From the NCBI GenBank assembly GCA_030704615.1, contig CM060732.1, positions 83,142,001 to 83,206,000 on the forward strand: DNA of 64,000 bases, given 5' to 3'. Positions 1 through 12,213 of the stretch are shown in pieces (position 1 is the stretch's first letter; every line of letters starts with the position of its first letter). The position numbers and the translations under genes were made by a program. The notes below the pieces were generated by a model. It was given only the letters and a program-made list of their open reading frames with translations, was not told the origin of the DNA and did not search any database. The stretch is from Takakia lepidozioides. Taxonomy: Eukaryota > Plantae > Bryophyta.

Positions 1-1129
1 CCAATCCCCTGGCATGGCAGAACCTTACGGAGTGAGTGTGGTATGCACTCACCCCGTAAGGGAGTGCATACCAAACCCCTTCTCATAAGGTTTCCCCTCT
101 TCCATGTAGTTCTATCCTTAGATTATATTATCCAAGGGAGTAGAATCCTACATCCTCTCTTCCTCCGGTCATGAATGAAACGTTGGCATAAAGTGTATCA
201 TAGCAAGACTGGTATAGTATCACGAGAAAAGAACAGAGAGTTCAGTGGTATACTTAGCTCTGGATAGGTACAAGTTTTTAGAAAATACCTTTCAGTTTCT
301 CAATAAGCTCTCGCACAGGGAAGAACAGGCTAGGGAAGGAACCTCGTTCAAGGAACCTTGTCAAGATATAGCAGCAGCTCAGGTCTGTAGTACCATGCCT
401 GTGATATAGACAAAACATCTTCTAGCAACAGATTAGAGTTGGGTATTTTTTTATGGTGCCACAAGGAGCGAAGCCATATCTAAGAGAAGTATAGAAGCAC
501 TTGATCAAAGGACTTGGTAGTCACTCAATCATAAGGTATATGATTCTGATATAAGGCATCGGGTACAAGGGACTAGCTAACAAAAGTAGTGTGCATTGAC
601 CGGATCAAGTATAAGGTGTACACATACTCCCGTAAGCTGTCTTACCAGGGCTTAGCTCATAATATCGGCATTCATAAGTCCTTTAGATGCTCAGGTATCA
701 TCAAGGATGTCTTACTCTTCATACCCAATCAATCAACCATACTATTGCTGGAGAAGATCATACCTGGCCAAGGGGGATTCAATACCCCAAGGCTTTCAGT
801 TCATCATTCCAGTTTGGAATGTGTTTGCTGCCTATCTGCCTGCAAGGCTCCTCAAAAAATATCGTCAGTACATCAGAATGAGAAGGTGAAACAGGAAAGG
901 AGAAGGGTAGATGGTGTGTACAAAAACCACTAAGTACACTGATCAGATAAAGAGAGGGAAGATATACGTGTCATGCCAAGACATGGACAAGACCACTAAG
1001 GTCATTGTCATTGAAAGACAAAGCAGCCCTTTACAGGGCACCATCTAACAACCACTTCTATGTTTACCATCTCATTTGAATATCCCATTACATTTCAGGG
1101 TATCTGAAAAAACAGGGTGGGAGGGTGGG

Positions 1130-1230
1130 ATTCTTGGTCAATCATATTATGAAAGCACCATAGTTTGACATACAACGATCACCACCATACTTGCCGATTG
1201 TAATATCATTTCAAAAACCAGATTGCAGGT
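1130..1230 (-). repeat. ~100-bp diverged inverted copy of 5148-5250
   Basis: GGTCAATCATATTATGAAAGCACCATAG...AAACCAGATTGCAGGTC is the reverse complement of GACCTGCAATCTGGTTT...CATGGTGCTTTCATGATATGATTGACC at 5148-5240. Confidence 0.75.
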
Positions 1231-2098
1231 CTGGAGATAAATCTCGAGAGCCAAGCACATAGTACTTTAAATTGCAATTGAAACAGCAAGCCATACACGT
1301 CTTAAGCATTTGCCTGTTGACATAATGATTCCTCATTTTTTGTTGACATGGGTCAACCCTTACATAATCCAGTTCTTGCCGCAAACTGCATGGTGCGCCA
1401 TGAAGACTATCAGAGAGGCAAACCCTTAGAAACAAAATTGACACTTAGCAAAGACATCCGAACACTGGCAATCCAACAAAACCCGAAAAACCCACAAGAC
1501 ATGAATGCGGCCACTTTCTGGTGAAACCGTAAGCCCCTCACATTTTCAATAAAAAACCCTAATGAGAAGCCTCTGCAATGAGAAGTCTGACAACTGTAAA
1601 CTAAAGCATTCCGGTCAGTCCACCACTCCGGTTGAGCACAAATGCTCTCCTGCGAGAGCGCGGCCACAACTTCTCTAGTCTTCCCCATGTCTGGAGTCTT
1701 CATGACGTGTCCTTCTTCCGTTGGTTGTATTGGAGTCATGGAGTCCAAGTGATGGAGTCAGGTAGTCGAGAGTGCGTCACAACAGTCATGTCCATGACTT
1801 GATGACCGCGGACGATGCACATGTTAAGTACATGGCATTTTTACGTTGGTTGTGCTGGAGACATATAGTCGTGGTCAGGAAGTTATGCAGTCGGGAGTGC
1901 CTGAGGAGTAGTCAGGGCCATGACTACATGATGGCGGTTCATTGAAATGACGTTGTCCAGGAGTTTTTAACGAAGCGTCTTCTTGCGAACCAATTTGTGA
2001 TGCGATTTGAATTGGCAGGGCTACATTACATCCGATGATGAAGTGGAGGCTGAAACCAGTGTACAAAATGTTGCGAACGTTGACCAATTGCCCGTGCT

Positions 2099-3400
2099 GT
2101 GCAGGATGATTTTGAAATATCAGATACCCTCAGGCAAAATCCCACACCAGCCCCAAATGGCCCTCACTTGGAGAACGACGATGATATTGCGAATGGCGGG
2201 AATCCCTGTGGAGTGCATGGTGGTGTAAATTTTCATACAGAGGAAGCAAGCACGCCAAATGGTCTTCACCGTGAACAACTCATGCGAGAGTCTCAAATCC
2301 CCTTATACGATGGGTGCGGTCACAGCCGATTGATAGGCACACTGATGTTGCTCAATTTGTGCGCCACTCACAGATGTTCCCATGCATTTGTGGATGAGTT
2401 GTTGTCATTGCTGACGCTAGAGATTTTGCCCAAACCGAACAGCTTGCCCAAACCGCATTACGAGGCCAAAAACATGATCGCCATGATGGGCCTAGGATAC
2501 AAACAGATCCATGCCTGTGAGCGTGGCTGTGTGTTGTTTCGTCCTTGTTTCGTGGAGATCTTGAAAAGGCAGCAATTTGCCCCAAGTGCCAAAGTCCCCG
2601 CTACAAAGGCGGGCGTGGGAAGGTGCCCAAGAAGATGCTGCGACACTTTCCTCTCATACCTAGATTGAAACGGATGTTCCGAGCCAAGTTGCTCGTAGAG
2701 CTTATGAAGTGGCACAACAATCACAGAAGTGCAGATGGCATGGTCCGACATGCTACAGACAGCAAGGCTCGATGCCATATTGACAACACATGGCCGGAGT
2801 TTGCATCAGACCCACAGAATCTTTGTCTTGGATTGGCGTTGGATGGGGTGAATCCTTGTGGCACAAAATCCCAATCTTGGTCCACATGGCCCATCATGGT
2901 GCTCAATTATAATCTACCTCAATGGTTGGTAACGAAGATTTTTTTTGTCATGTTAACACTACTGATTCCTGGAAAGGAATCTGTGACTAGTGAGAATATG
3001 GATGTTTACCTGCAACCACTCGTGGAGGAGCTAGCGACATTGTGGCAGGGAGGTTCCAGCCTTTGATGTGGCAGCCAATGAAGGACACCGTGCATTTACT
3101 ATGCGGGCATTCCTCATGTGGTCGATACATGACTTCCCCGCCTATGGCTTGCTATCAGGTCATGTTCACCAAGGGTACATTGCTTGTCCAGCATGTGGAC
3201 CTTCTGTGGATTCGAGATATTCCGCAGCTTGCAAAAAACTGATATTCCAGGGGCATCGACCGTATCTTCCCCAAAATCATGCCTATAGAAGATCCAGACT
3301 TTTCAATGGGGCGCGAGACATGAGACCTGCTCCACAGACAGTGACAGCCACGAAAATCAAGGACCGTGCACGACATTACAAAGAATGGATTGATGATGGG
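2099..3400 (+). pseudogene. CACTA/En-Spm TnpD-type transposase (Transposase_21-like), frameshifted and 3'-truncated
   Basis: Three overlapping frames (2099-2668, 2545-3066, 3068-3454) give PLYDGC, LPKPNSLP, GLGYKQIHACERGCVLF, CPKCQSPRY, LRHFPLIPRLKRMF, LMKWH, LGLALDGVNP, STWPIMVLNYNLP, MDVYLQPLVEEL, WSIHDFPAYGLLSG and ACPAC. Similarity stops at ~3400. Confidence 0.93.
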
Positions 3401-4222
3401 GGGCTGCTATTTCATGAGCGGCATGAGCATGAGCGGAAAAAAAAAAAAGCATGAGCAGACCATTGTGTATCCATGGAAATAGGGTTAGGAGGCACGAAAA
3501 ATAGGGTCATGTGAAGTTGGAATGTGGCACCAGTGGACTTGAAAATGCAACATTTTATTGCAAATTTTGTGGCAAGCCACGTCTATACAAGTGTGTTCTA
3601 ACTGTCATAGCCGGAATGGGCACTACTCTCCTACACCCTCCGAGGAACTTGCCCCACCTTCTTCCTCGTCCCCCTCATCCCCCTCATCCTCCGAGCTCTG
3701 TGATGCATCAGTTCCACTATGCCTCTCAAAAATCCCGTCCTCTTGGGGGACTGTCCACCTCACCTCCTGGGAATCTTCTGCATCTTCTCCCCCACTTTCC
3801 TCAGCTGAATCCAAGACAAATCTACGAGCCTGACGGGCTCTAATAGCTGCTGCCCCCTCCCTCATCTTCATTTTCTTGAGGCTTGCTTCGTCTAAAATCT
3901 GCTGTACACGACTAGATTCGAAACACCTCCTAATGGACACCGAAGCAAGCCGGGCAACATAAGTAGGAAGGATGTAGTCCCTTTCTGGACTAGGCATGAA
4001 ATCCCCCCTGGCAAAAAAATGCACGTTCCTCCTGCACATGAACTGCGGTGTAGACGTCCCTCCTACAGTACTTGGCATCCTACAATAAGAACAAATCCAC
4101 TTGAAGAATGTCAATACCAGCAGAAGCAGAAACGGTCTTTCAATGAAATAAAAGAGCGAGGGGAGGTGCCTCACAAAATCAGGAGGCAACTCACAATGCG
4201 ACCACTCACTCGTAAACCATTT

Positions 4223-4761
4223 TCGGCACCATTTTCCTAGGTTGGGCCCGAAAATGGCTAAGTCCCAGAACTGACTAGGCGCGGAACTAGAAAAATGGCA
4301 CCGAATTTCCGGTTGCGGTTCCAGCCACCCTAGGGACTTAGCCATTTTCGGGGCCCTAAACTGGAAAAATGGCGCCATTTTTCCATTTCGGGCCTGAAAA
4401 TGGCTAAGTCCCAGATCTGACTAGGCCCGGAACTGGAAAAATGGCGTCGAATTTTTGATTTTGCTGCCAGCCACCCTAGGGACTTAAGCCATTTTCGGCC
4501 CCGAACTGGAAAAATGGCGCCATTTTTCCAGTTCGGGGCCAAAAATGGCTAAGTCCCAGATCTGACAGGGCGCGGAACTGGAAAAATGGCGCCGAATTTC
4601 CGGTTGCGGTTCCAGCCACCCTAGGGACTTAGCCATTTTCGGGGCCTTGAACAGGAAAAATGGCGTGTTTTTTTTGTTTTGTTTTTTTTTTTTTTTTTTT
4701 CCGGTGCCATTTTTCCAGTTCGGGGCCGAAAATGGCTAAGTCCCAGATCTGACTGGGCCCG
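4223..4761. repeat. Palindromic satellite A, copy 1
   Basis: Tandem units of GAAAATGGCTAAGTCCCAGATCTGAC, GGAAAAATGGCGCCGAATTTCC and CCTAGGGACTTAGCCATTTTC, with one poly(T) tract. The same family occurs at 21181-22284. Confidence 0.95.
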
Positions 4762-7700
4762 CAACTGCTTGAGGGTACTCAGCCCTGTGTTTTGTGTTGT
4801 TAGAAGTCTTGCCTATGACTTGGCACTGAAGCACCTTCAGACCTGGCCCCATCATAATTTTGATTTTCAAGACCTGCTTGCTGGTAGGTGTTGTGTGCTT
4901 CTAACCTTCTACCCTGGCAGAGTTTTGATCATGAAGTCCTGGAATTCCATTCCAGACCTGCAGCTCCTTACAGAGACTCAAATAAGCCATGTCATTGCAT
5001 GTAATGCTTGCTCATTCATTTGCAATGCTATGATACCTTCAGGCTGGCTGTTTTTTTAGGAAGGCGACTTATTCAAAAACTGGATTCTAAAACAGTAACC
5101 TTTATGGTCCAGCAAGTAGCCTAGCATGACAGTTTTAAATACTTTTTGACCTGCAATCTGGTTTCTGAAATGAAGGTACAATCTGCAAGTATAGGGGAAT
5201 GTTTTTATTAAACCATGGTGCTTTCATGATATGATTGACCTGGAATTCTGAGTTATTATTTTTTACCCTGGCAGAGCTGTTTATGAGGCCCCGGAATACC
5301 AATCCAGGCCTGCATATGCCTGAAAAAACTCAGCCCCGTTTCTACTTTACGAATCTTGCATGTGTCTTGGCACTGATAGATCGGTTTCAAGCCAACACAT
5401 GATGCTGGTTAACTTGTTGATCGGGCCGGGCTTGCAGGCTTCTTGCTCCCAAACCTAAGCGTACTCGCCGTCGACCTCCACTGCCTAGTACTCCACCTAG
5501 ACGCAGCGGAAGGCTGGAGACCATGGCCGTTGAGGCACGCCAGTACCTGGACAAAGAGGAGGACGACGATTTGCTGTGTGTCCCTGCGGGCGAGCACACT
5601 GGCGATTCCACTGAAGATGTCCTTCGCCATCCAGCTCTTGCACCGCACCTTCCCCAGAAACGCCCGTCGCCTACCCAATCTCCATCTGTAAGCACATGCT
5701 CATTCTGAGGCTACGTCTTTACAGTTTTTGTGCATTGACTTGCTGAACATTACTATGAACGATTCATGCAAATGTAGCGTCAAGTCCAACAATTTCTTAG
5801 CAGCTCATCAACCAATGCACTTCCCACACAAATGAGGTTGAAAGGTGGAAGCCACAAAAAATCTGCCAGTGGACGTGGCACAACTTTGAAGCCAATCTCA
5901 TTTGGAAGGTTTTCTGCAAAAGACTTTCAGGACTTTTGGGTAATACATACCATGCAAAATCATGTTTCAAAAAGTGCCAATTCAATGGTAGTAGCTTCCT
6001 CTTTTCCAGTATGGGGTTTCAAAATTGCAAGTCTCAAAATCCAGCCCATGCGCAATTTCTTCATCCTTCAGTCACTTTGGGTTTTAGTTTTTGCGCTACT
6101 AAAAGATTCGTAGTCAATGATCTTTCAGTTTACAAGTAAAATGCAATAGACAAGTGTTTGGTTTCACAAAAGCATGCCACTGCCAAGTGAGTCTTGCCCA
6201 CTGTGAGATGCTTGGGAATACAGCCTGTGCTTTTGCCTCAACTAGAATATTATCTTTATGGGGATACAAAGGTGTGGGGTAGATGGACCAGCTGAGGGGA
6301 TGAGAAGCTCCTCATAGTAGGATGAGTACAATTTCAGAATTAAACTGGCAGGTGCCAGGTGCTTCTTTCAAGTTAGAATGATTTTTTGTTCATGCTTTGA
6401 ATGAATTTAATGATTCAATGGGTTTACTGTTGTGCAGGCCAGGAAGTTCTAAGCGAGCTTCCATTGAAGGCACTGCAGCAGTAGTGGGCAGTCCATCGGG
6501 GCGGGGCTTGTTGAAACAAGTAACCTGCCCTAAACAAGTCTCTAGGCGCCAAACGGCCACCTCCACGACCAATTCTACAGTACCCTCCGTACACACATTA
6601 CCCACATGCCTACCCCACCCCCGATCAGTATGGCGTTGCAGCCCCTTACAACCCGCACATCCAATACAAGCCCCCTCCAGGTGGTTACACTGAGCAGCCA
6701 TATGCCCATTCTCCTCCGCCTGTTCCACCTTACCACCCAGACCCTCATGCTTACCCACCATCTACACGACCACCATATCAACCCTTTGGGACATACGGTG
6801 GGCCATACCGTACCGCCCCCCATTCCCCATGGCAACCCCCAGCAGTCCCACCACCACAGGAGGCAGAGGAAGACATCCCGATGACGAAGAAGGAGCGACC
6901 TAATGCTTTGAGGCGGGCGAACAGGAGAGCCAAGGCGGAGGCAATTCGAAATCAAGATGCAAGAGAGGAGGATGGACTCCCCCCTCAAGTGGTTTTGGTT
7001 GACAAAGCTGGAGAGCCCATTGGACCAGCACGCAATATCTGGCATGCAGCCCTGAAAGGGCAGATGTGGCGTTTGTGTGACATGTCAATGGCTATTGCCC
7101 AACAAGATGAATATGTCATTGAAGAAATATACAGGATTCTGAACACAACATTTTTGCATACACGCCACGTGCTCTTGACTATGAGCAAATGAGGAAGACA
7201 CTTGGCGTGGCCATGAAAACTCAAAGACACGAGATCCATGCAATGTACAAGGCAGGCGTGGGGAGGCCTGCGCATGTGAAGGAAGCACATTGGGACAGGC
7301 TGGTATCGTATTGGTAGACACCTGGATTCAGCACAAAAAGTGCCATCATGAAGGTGGCAAATTCATCAAGGGAGAAGCCCTAAAAAACAGGACGTGGTGG
7401 CCGGGCAAGCGTTGAGGCGCGCCTTGTAAGTTCAAACATCACTGAATTTTGCCTCTGAAACTCCCTTGTTTGTTGTGACCCCTTCTCTGCAATTGGGTTC
7501 TCATTTGCTATTGTGTTCATGCATTGTACGAGGACTAGGTATAAGTACAGAAGCTGTAAGTATGCACAAGGTAGTAGATGTTGTTTCATAAGCTCATATG
7601 AAACAGAATGTAAGTAGTCTATTGATGCACAAGGCCATTTCCTGCTAAGTAAGCTTTGTATGTTTCAGTTGCAACAGTTGTAACACCCTGCTGTTCATAA

Positions 7701-10364
7701 GTTCATTTCGGAATGTTCTTAAATATGTATGATGCTACCCACCAGGATATGGCCATACTGATCCACTATGTTTACAACATACTGCTCTAGCTGGGGAAAG
7801 CACACATATGCAGGATGGGGAGTCAACCGTACATGGGTTTATGTCTATGTGTTAAATGACTGTAGTCATCCACACAACTTGGTTGCGGAGTCTGGTTTTA
7901 GCTTTCAACAATGGCTTCATAGCGAGGAAAGTAACATACAGTCATGTGTGGGGTATCATACTTTGGGTATCCCCTCGTAAGTGGGCTTTGATTTGGACTG
8001 TTTGTCTGCAATCAGCAACCGTAGGTTGGGTTTGTGGTTGTTGGCGGAATTGTGAGCCCCATAGTGTGTAGTGGGCGAGAATGTAAATTGCATACCAAAA
8101 TGTAAATTGGATATACTCCACGATGATCAGACTTGTGGGCAGATGATGTTGTATAGGCAGTCACTCAAAATCCAATTTCAGCGAGACTGTGAGTGTTGGC
8201 ATGTCATTTTATGATGGGTTCATGTGGGCCATGGTCTGGTGATGATTACCCTTGTGCATTAGCTGCATTTGTCACTCTCAGTGTTTTGCTGCAGGGATAG
8301 GGGAAAGGGGATGTCATTTCTTCATGATTAGGTAGTCTGGGTTTGATCATAGGTACGCACATAGCTGCTCCATTTGTGGTAGAATGGGTGATTGGGAAGA
8401 ATGGTGTCAGTGAGGTAAAATTGCCACAGCCTCCTATGTTATACTTATGTCATACTTAGAATACTGAGCAGTATGTCGCGGAATGATATGTCCCTCGTCA
8501 TGGCTCACCCTGCTAGCATACTGAGTTGGTGCATGATTAATGCAGGCAGCAGAGCGAGGCCGAAGTCCATCGTTGCATGAAACCCAGGAAGGTTCTGTCA
8601 GTAGAACCCTGACCAGCGAGCGCTCGGTGAGATTCCCAAAGTCATTCCAGTTCCCTTTTTTTGTTCATTCTTTCTTTACCGGGATTTGCCCTACACGTGA
8701 CATCATGTTTTCATGCTGTTCATGGGCTTTCGTGGACATAGCAGGAGGGGACCTCAGGGTATTCTGCAATTGCTCGGAAAGTGGAGGATATGGAAAGATC
8801 GCAAGGTGTTCAACACGCAGATATTATGGATTTGAAGGCCACACTATCGCATGTCATGATGTACCAAAAAGCCATTGCCGAGAAATTTGGGATAAGCATT
8901 TCCTCACCTACGTTTGTGGGCTCGTCCGCAGCAAACAGTTCCTGCATCGCTGGCCCTTCAGCCTCAAGACGCCTGGAGGACAGGTTTGACACATCAGCCA
9001 TGTCACCAGGTAATGTCACTCCGCTGACTCCATGCGAGGATGAAGTGCAGGTGGAGCATGTTGCACCTGGTGGAGGGGAGGACACCCCTGGCGAGGGACT
9101 TGCGCCCCCTCCTGTAGGTCTGTCATACTGTGCGGTAGAGAAGGCCCTTGCAGTGCTCCAGGCAGCTGCAGACGCGGCGGGGGCTTTCGAGACAACCCTA
9201 GACATTGACCTTTTTCCCAAGCAGGCAGATATAACCGAAGCACCCACGGTTCTGACTTCCACTCCCAACCTTCATTTGCCGCATGACCAGGTCGTCAAAA
9301 CTGCAGCTCAGCAGGGCAAGCATTTGCTGATTCTAGATGTTAATGGCTTGTTGTGTGAGCACGTCCATGTCGGTAGTAGTAATGTGTTTGTGGTTCCAAA
9401 TGGGCTTTTGCACAAACTGTGTGGTAGCAAGATGGTCGTCGTAAGGCCTGGTTGCAAAGCATTTCTGGACAAGTGTTTTGAACACTTCGAAGTGGCAACA
9501 TGGTCTTGTATGCAACCACGTAACTTCATACCCACGGTGGATTGGCTTTTCCATGGGCACAATGAACTTGCATTCAAGTGGGATGGGGGATATTGTGAGC
9601 AGTCCATAGAGATGGATGGGAGACCGCCCATGAAACCATTGTTTTTCAAAAACCTATCTTCTGTTTGGCGGGGCAACTGTGATTGGCAACAACGCAATGG
9701 TGTGAGCCTTGCGCGTGAGCGCACGAGCGTACGCTCACACAGGAGTGACGTGGCATGAGCGTGCACCCACGTTGACGTGGCATGAGCGTGATGTCAGCAG
9801 GCTGATATGGCGACAAATGCTGATGTGGCACTGCGCCGTCATCTGCCACGTCAGCATGAACATGCACCGCCTATAACCGAGGATGGTCCTATGACCGTGG
9901 GATTAATGCAGGGAATCCTTGCCTGAATACAATGAAGACTACCATGGGGCCTACAATTGTAGCATCCAACATTGTGCAATTACAAATGTTTGTTTCACTT
10001 TTACAATTATAAGGACGAGAAAATATCCTCACAAAGTATGCGCCACAGAGGCTGCCACGGGAAGACCTTGCTCCCTCCCCAAATAACAATGAGAATTAGG
10101 ATCATCTTCAAAAGATGATTGCAGTGCATAGCGACAGGAAAACATATAGACTTCGAAAGGTGCAATGATGCATGTGCTTTTAAAAGTTGCCACTCAGAGC
10201 TCACTCAGTATAGTTGGAAGCATAATGGAGGGATAAGGGACGCCATATCATTGCACCGCCGACGATGTTGCAAACGAATTGATTTGAATTGAATTTCCAT
10301 GACAATGTTGCAAATTGCACATTTCATAGCATGGTCGTCCACATACCACATTACATAACAGATG

Positions 10365-11462
10365 CTACCTATGTGTTGTATCCCGCTGCAATAGAGTATC
10401 GACCTCGTTGAAACTCAGAGTGGTCTGGTGAACGAAGTTGTCACGTTTGGGATCACAAACCATCCTCTTCAAAAATATGAAATACAAATATTTGCAGGGT
10501 ATGAATTTACCTCTCTTGCCCAAACTGGTTGATAACATATTCACAAAGTCAGGACATGTGCAATTGGGGAAATTGGAAACCGTGATCCTGTAATGAACAG
10601 CAGATGTCGAAGTGATCATTGTGTACACCCAACCATATCCTGGATCGGGCACTTCCGTGGTGCTTGCAACACGAACTTGGAGCATTCTTGCGGACTCCAC
10701 TTTGCCGAAGTGTTCAGCGGTTGGAGGGAAACGCCAAACCAGCTTTCCATCTCGTTTGGTTGCCACAAGTGAGGATTTGCCGGAGGGACCTGAGAGGATG
10801 CAGAAGTAGAAGCACATGCATGCAGTTGGGGTTGTCTCGCAAGGGAAAAGCCTGCCTCCTCCAGCATTGCAATCTCCTAACTCGTGAGATGTGTTCCCAC
10901 CTTAACGGGCCAAACGGTTGGAGGAGCTGGCTTCATTACCACAGAAGGACGCACAATTCCATGCACACATCTACCACAATTGTCTGCGTAGAACCAGAAC
11001 TTGTGGTTCTTGGCTTCTGGTTGGCCGTATGGACGCATCAAACCCGTGAAAGTCAGAGCAGGAGTCCGGGCACAACCTCTGGATATAGATGAAGTGCACT
11101 TTTCGAAATTAGTTGCCCTGATCGCTGTACATTTCACACGAGACCCTGCACTTGTGCGTTCTATGTGCCAAACATGGTCGGGGCATGTAGACTCCAGCAC
11201 ATCAAGGGGGTAGTTTCTCTCTTGCATCATTTCAGTGGCACTGTTTGATGCTGGAGCCTGCCGTCGTGTCGGAGGTTCATCCAGAATGGAGGTTCCGGAC
11301 ATGAATTTGTCATGCAGAGGAACACGAGGCTTCGAGAAGTTATCACGGTCTGCCCTGTGCGAATCGGAATCCGAACCAAGTGGGATGTTCAATTTCCTCT
11401 TACAGGAGCCGAATCTCTCATCCTCTTCAAAATGTGGAATTCTAGAAACAAGTGGCGTTCCC
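10365..11462 (-). pseudogene. SWIM zinc-finger protein (C-terminal part) with an upstream Cys/His-rich domain
   Basis: YRITVSNFPNCTCPDF...FIPCKYLYFIF is a SWIM CxC-xn-CxH with His replaced by Tyr. Upstream: RFGSCKRKL, SDSHR, WHIERT..KC..C, KFWF, WPVKVGTHLT. In-frame TAG at ~10877. Confidence 0.8.
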
Positions 11463-11467
11463 TGGGC

Positions 11468-11469
<2 letters not shown>

Positions 11470-11509
<40 letters not shown>

Positions 11510-12213
11510 AGAAGTGATGATCGGCGGCACCGACAGAAGTGATGGTCGGCACCGACCATCGCATCCACCCAAATGCAAAATGTCCAAAAAAAAAAAAAAA
11601 AAAACGGAGATTGGTGATCGGTAACAGAAGTGATGGTCGGCACCGATCATCACATCCACCCAAATGCCGAATGTCAAAAAAAAAAAAAAAAAAACGGAAA
11701 GTAATGATCGGCGGCACTGACAGAAGTGATTGTCGGCACCGACCATCGCATCCACCCAAATGCCGAATGTCAAGAAAAATAAAAATAAAAAATGATGATC
11801 GGCGGCACTGGGAGAAGTGATGGTGGGCACCGACAATCGCATCTGCCCAAATGCCGAATGTCAAAAGCCAATAAAATAAAATAATTAAAAAAATAATTAT
11901 TTATTTTAAAAAAAAAAGAAAAAAAAGAAAAAACAGAAAGTGATGATCAGCGGCACCGACAGAAGTTCTGGTCGGTGCCGACCATCACATCCACCCAAAT
12001 GCCGAATGTCAAGAAAAAAAATAAAAAAAATAAAAAAAATCGGCGGCACCGACAGAAGTGATTTTCGGCACTGATCATCACATCCACCCAAATGCCAAAT
12101 GTCAAAAGCAAAAAATAAAATAAAATAAAAATAAAGAAAAAACCAGAAGTAATGATCGGCACCGATCATCACATCCACCCAAATGCTGAATGTCAAATGC
12201 AAAAAAAAAAAAA
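11470..12213 (+). repeat. Array of seven ~50-77-bp units separated by A-rich tracts
   Basis: Unit: CAGAAGTGATGGTCGGCACCGACCATCRCATCCACCCAAATGCCGAATGTC followed by a variable-length (A)n tract. Confidence 0.95.

Noticed and set aside
180-960. Short ORFs at the window start
   Set aside because: No recognisable motifs in any frame.
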